Under the pieces are notes generated by a model, which ran no database searches, was not told where the DNA came from, and saw nothing but the letters and a program-made list of their open reading frames with translations. Positions 60,956-64,000 of a DNA stretch of 64,000 nucleotides are shown here, piece by piece; position 1 is the first letter of the stretch; every line of letters begins with the position of its first letter. The stretch is from assembly GCF_006345805.1 (NCBI RefSeq), contig NC_042999.1, positions 4,712,001 to 4,776,000 on the forward strand, in the 5' to 3' direction. The position numbers and the translations under genes were made by a program. The stretch is from Octopus sinensis (lineage: Eukaryota).

Positions 60956-61980
60956 GTGAGTTAGTTTTCAGTAACATCTAGCTTTCAATTAAAGTTAAAA
61001 CAAGTAGAAAGATAAATTTCTTTCAATACGTAAATACTGAACAGTATATATAAAGGATAAAAGCAGTATATATAAAAGATAAGAGCAGTTGCTGGCAAAT
61101 TTTTCTGCTCTTAAAAGGGTTTTATCCTTTATTAGCAGTATCGCCCCGTGTTGCTCAGGTTTGTTTCGACCCTTTAGAATTGGAATTTTTGAAAAGCGAA
61201 AATCTTGCATTATGTAGCTTGTTATTCTCTTTCAGTGAACATTTTTCTGGTTGAAATACACCGAGAAATGGCAACACAGCAGTCAAAAAATCGTAAAAAA
61301 ATAGGGATTTTCATAGAAAAAAAAAAAGCACCTTTTTGATGTAAATAATTTTTGGTGTTAACATGGTCCGATTTGAATTTTTTCTTCTACGGAAGGAAGA
61401 GCAAGCCTTCTTCTAGCATACTCTCAATTTTGGTCAACTTGCACTGCAGGGTCTCGGCGGAGAAAGTGTTAGCTGAAGGCTACCAAACCTGCCACACACA
61501 GACAACTTCAGCTTTATATAGATAGAAGATATATACTGTTCAATATTTATGTGTTGAAAAAAATTTATTTCTCCTTGTTCTACAATTCATTTCACTGCTT
61601 CAAAAGCAAACTTATGTTTGTATGACGTAAATTTAAATCAATTTTAGAAAAGCCATCTGTGTATCATCAGTATTAGTCTTTATGACAAATAAGAGTGTTG
61701 TAGTTTGCTTGAAGCATTGTAATGCAGAAGTAGAATAATAAATGAAAAGAGAAACGAGGAAAGCTTCTAAGAATGCAGAGACGAAAGTTGAAAAAAATCC
61801 TCACCTGAAATATTTAAGCCTTTCGTTACCAACCCAGCTGAAACCGGCTCTGGATCTGAGTACAAATGTCTTGTTTCCATAAGTTTTGAATTAAAATCTT
61901 CCACCAAACCTTAGTCTCAATTTATGTTCCTAACACTAGCTGAAGGATAACTAAGTTATTTTACTAAATTCTTTGTTATA

Positions 61981-62305
61981 ATAATAATAATAATAATAAT
62001 AATTGTGTACAGTGCTCAGGTGCACTACAACTCATCTAAAGTGTATATATAATCAGGTGTAGTTTCGGCGGATTTCGGAAAGCATGAGGGCCTTAAAGGA
62101 TGCAGTTTCATGGCAGTCAACAACTGACGCAGGCAGTTTATTCCATGCTTCAGCAACTCTGAGCATGAAAAAATGTTTCCGAAAGTCATGGGAGCTGTGT
62201 TGTTTTCTGACTTTGTAGGCATGTCCACGTGTGTTAGACACATGGAGATCAAAAAGGTGTTCAGTGTTGTTGTTGGTGAGGTGGTTGATAACTAATGGTG
62301 GTTGA
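61981..62305 (-). mobile_element. CR1-clade LINE 3' end with (AAT/TTA)n tail, inserted into a TTAA MITE; sibling copy at ~35170-35522
   Basis: [39 protein letters not shown]...ASFK is the typical CR1 C-terminus. Confidence 0.85.
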
Positions 62306-63604
62306 TAATTAATTGAAAGAAACACAGAGCATCCCAAAATAAATACAGTAATGAAAGGGTTAAAGGTTTTTCAACTTTCATCTCTGCATTGTTAGAAGCT
62401 TTCCTCATTTCTCTTTTCAAATAAAAGAAACTTTTCTTAATATTATAAGGCAGTGAGCTGGCAGAACCATTAGCATGATAGATAAAATACTAAGTGGTAT
62501 TTGTTTGACTATATAAGGCGGCAAGTTGGCAGAAATGTTAGCACGCCGGGTGAAATGCTTAGCGATATTTCGTCTGCCATTACGTTCTGAGTTCAAATTC
62601 TGCGGAGGTCGACTTTGCCTTTCATCCTTTCGGGGCCAATTAAATAAGTACCAGTTACACACTTGGGTCGATGTAATCGACTTAATCTGTTTATCTGTCC
62701 TTGTTTAGCCCCTTTTGGGTAGTAAAGAAATAGGTATTTCGTCTGCCGCTACGTTCTCAGTTAAAATTCCGCCGAGGTCAACTTTGCCTTTCATACTTTT
62801 GGGGTCGATTAAATAAGTACCAGTTACACACTGGGGTCGATATAATCGACTTAATCCGTTTGTCTGTCCTTGTTTGTCCTCTCTGTGTTTAGCCTTTTGT
62901 GGGTAGTAAAGAAATAGGAATTTGTTTGACTTTATGTTCTGAGTTCAAATTCCACCAAGTTCAACTTTTGCTTTTCTTGCTTTTAGGATCAATAAAATGA
63001 ATCAACCAAGTACTGGAGGTTGATTTAATCAACTTGTTCCCGCTCCCAAAATTTCAGGTCTTGTGCTTATAAGAATTAGCATCAATTGATATTAGAAGCC
63101 AGCAAGGCAGGGAGATGGCAGAACCATGAGCGCACTAGGCAGCATGCTTAGCAGCATTCCATCTGTCTTCGTGTTCTGAGTTCAAATTTCGCCAAGGTTG
63201 ACTTTACCTTTCATCCTTTTGGGATAAAACAAGTACCAGTTGAGTACTGAGATCAATGTGATCAACTACCCCCCCAACACACACACACACACCAAAAGGC
63301 TTGCTTTGTGCCAAAATTTGAAACCAATATTCTATGACAGTGATCAGGTGGAATCCTTAGTGCATCAGGTGGAATCCTTAGTGCATCAGGTGAAATGCTT
63401 GAGGGCTTCCCTTCCAACTCTTTATCTTCTGTATTCAAATGCCATCAAGGTTCAACTTTCAGGCTGGATAAATAAAGCATAAATTGAACCCTGGGGTCAA
63501 TACAATTGACTTACTGCTTCCCTTTAAAATTTCTGACCTTGTGCCAAAATTCAAAACCATTATTAATTAATATTATAACCTTTATTAATTAATATTGTAT
63601 ATTT

Positions 63605-64000
63605 AAGGCGGCAAGCTGGCAGAAACGTTAGCACGCCGGGCGAAATGTGTGACGGTATTTCGTCTGTCTTTACATTCTGAGTTCAAATTCTGCCGAGGTC
63701 GACTTTGCCTTTCATCATTTCAGGGTCAATTAAATAAGTACCAGTTACACACTGGGGTCGATGTAATCGACTTAATCCATTTGCCTGTCCTTGTTTGTCC
63801 TCTCTGTGTTTAGTCCCTTGTGGGTAGTAAAGAAATAGGTATTTTGTCTGCCGTTATGTTCTGAGTTCAAATTCTGCCGAGGTCAACTTTGCCTTTTATC
63901 CATTCTGGGTCGATCAAATAAGTACCAGTTACACACTGGGGTTGATATAATTGACTTAATCATCCCTTTTTCTGTCCTTGTTTGTCCCTTCTATGTTTAG
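63605..64000 (+). repeat. SINE family B head plus head-less tandem units (period 184 bp); runs off the window; similar array at 62513-63060
   Basis: The gtattt.gtctg unit start recurs at 63655 and 63839. Confidence 0.88.

Noticed and set aside
63343-63395. 21-bp tandem repeat (catcaggtggaatccttagtg, about 2.5 copies)
   Set aside because: Ordinary local slippage duplication with no further structure
60956-64000. Next NPC1 exon (expected GHAAY-like motif)
   Set aside because: No such frame with splice sites was found; the region is Helitron, MITE, CR1 and SINE sequence, so the gene continues beyond the window

Overview
Eukaryotic, AT-rich, repeat-dense genomic DNA whose SINE/LINE content looks like a coleoid cephalopod (Octopus-like; inference). 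The only host gene I can support is a + strand Niemann-Pick C1 (NPC1) sterol transporter. Fifteen phase-compatible GT-AG coding exons between 20871 and 60955 join into one open frame of 2993 nt (about 997 codons): N-terminal sterol-binding domain, Pro-rich linker, TM1, middle luminal domain, sterol-sensing domain and most of the Cys-rich C-terminal luminal domain. The signal-peptide exon could not be placed, and the 3' exons lie beyond the window. Introns and the upstream region are packed with mobile elements: a young 5'-truncated RTE LINE with an uninterrupted ORF and an embedded PHD-type finger, roughly 25 truncated RTE 3' tails, at least three tRNA-derived SINE families, CR1, R4/Dong-like and Tx1/L1-like LINE ends, TTAA (piggyBac-type) and hAT-Charlie MITEs, non-autonomous Helitrons and a 4.5-kb (TA)-rich array. 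The least expected signals are (1) several minimal hammerhead-ribozyme-like motifs of the Penelope-like-element type in NPC1 introns, including 3:8 covariant cores (G3:C8, U3:A8) and a tandem pair that could form a dimeric hammerhead; (2) a SINE that shares its tail with a Tx1/L1-like LINE end in the window and forms head-less 184-bp concatemers at a fixed junction; and (3) long near-perfect intronic hairpins. All assignments are by eye; no database search was run.
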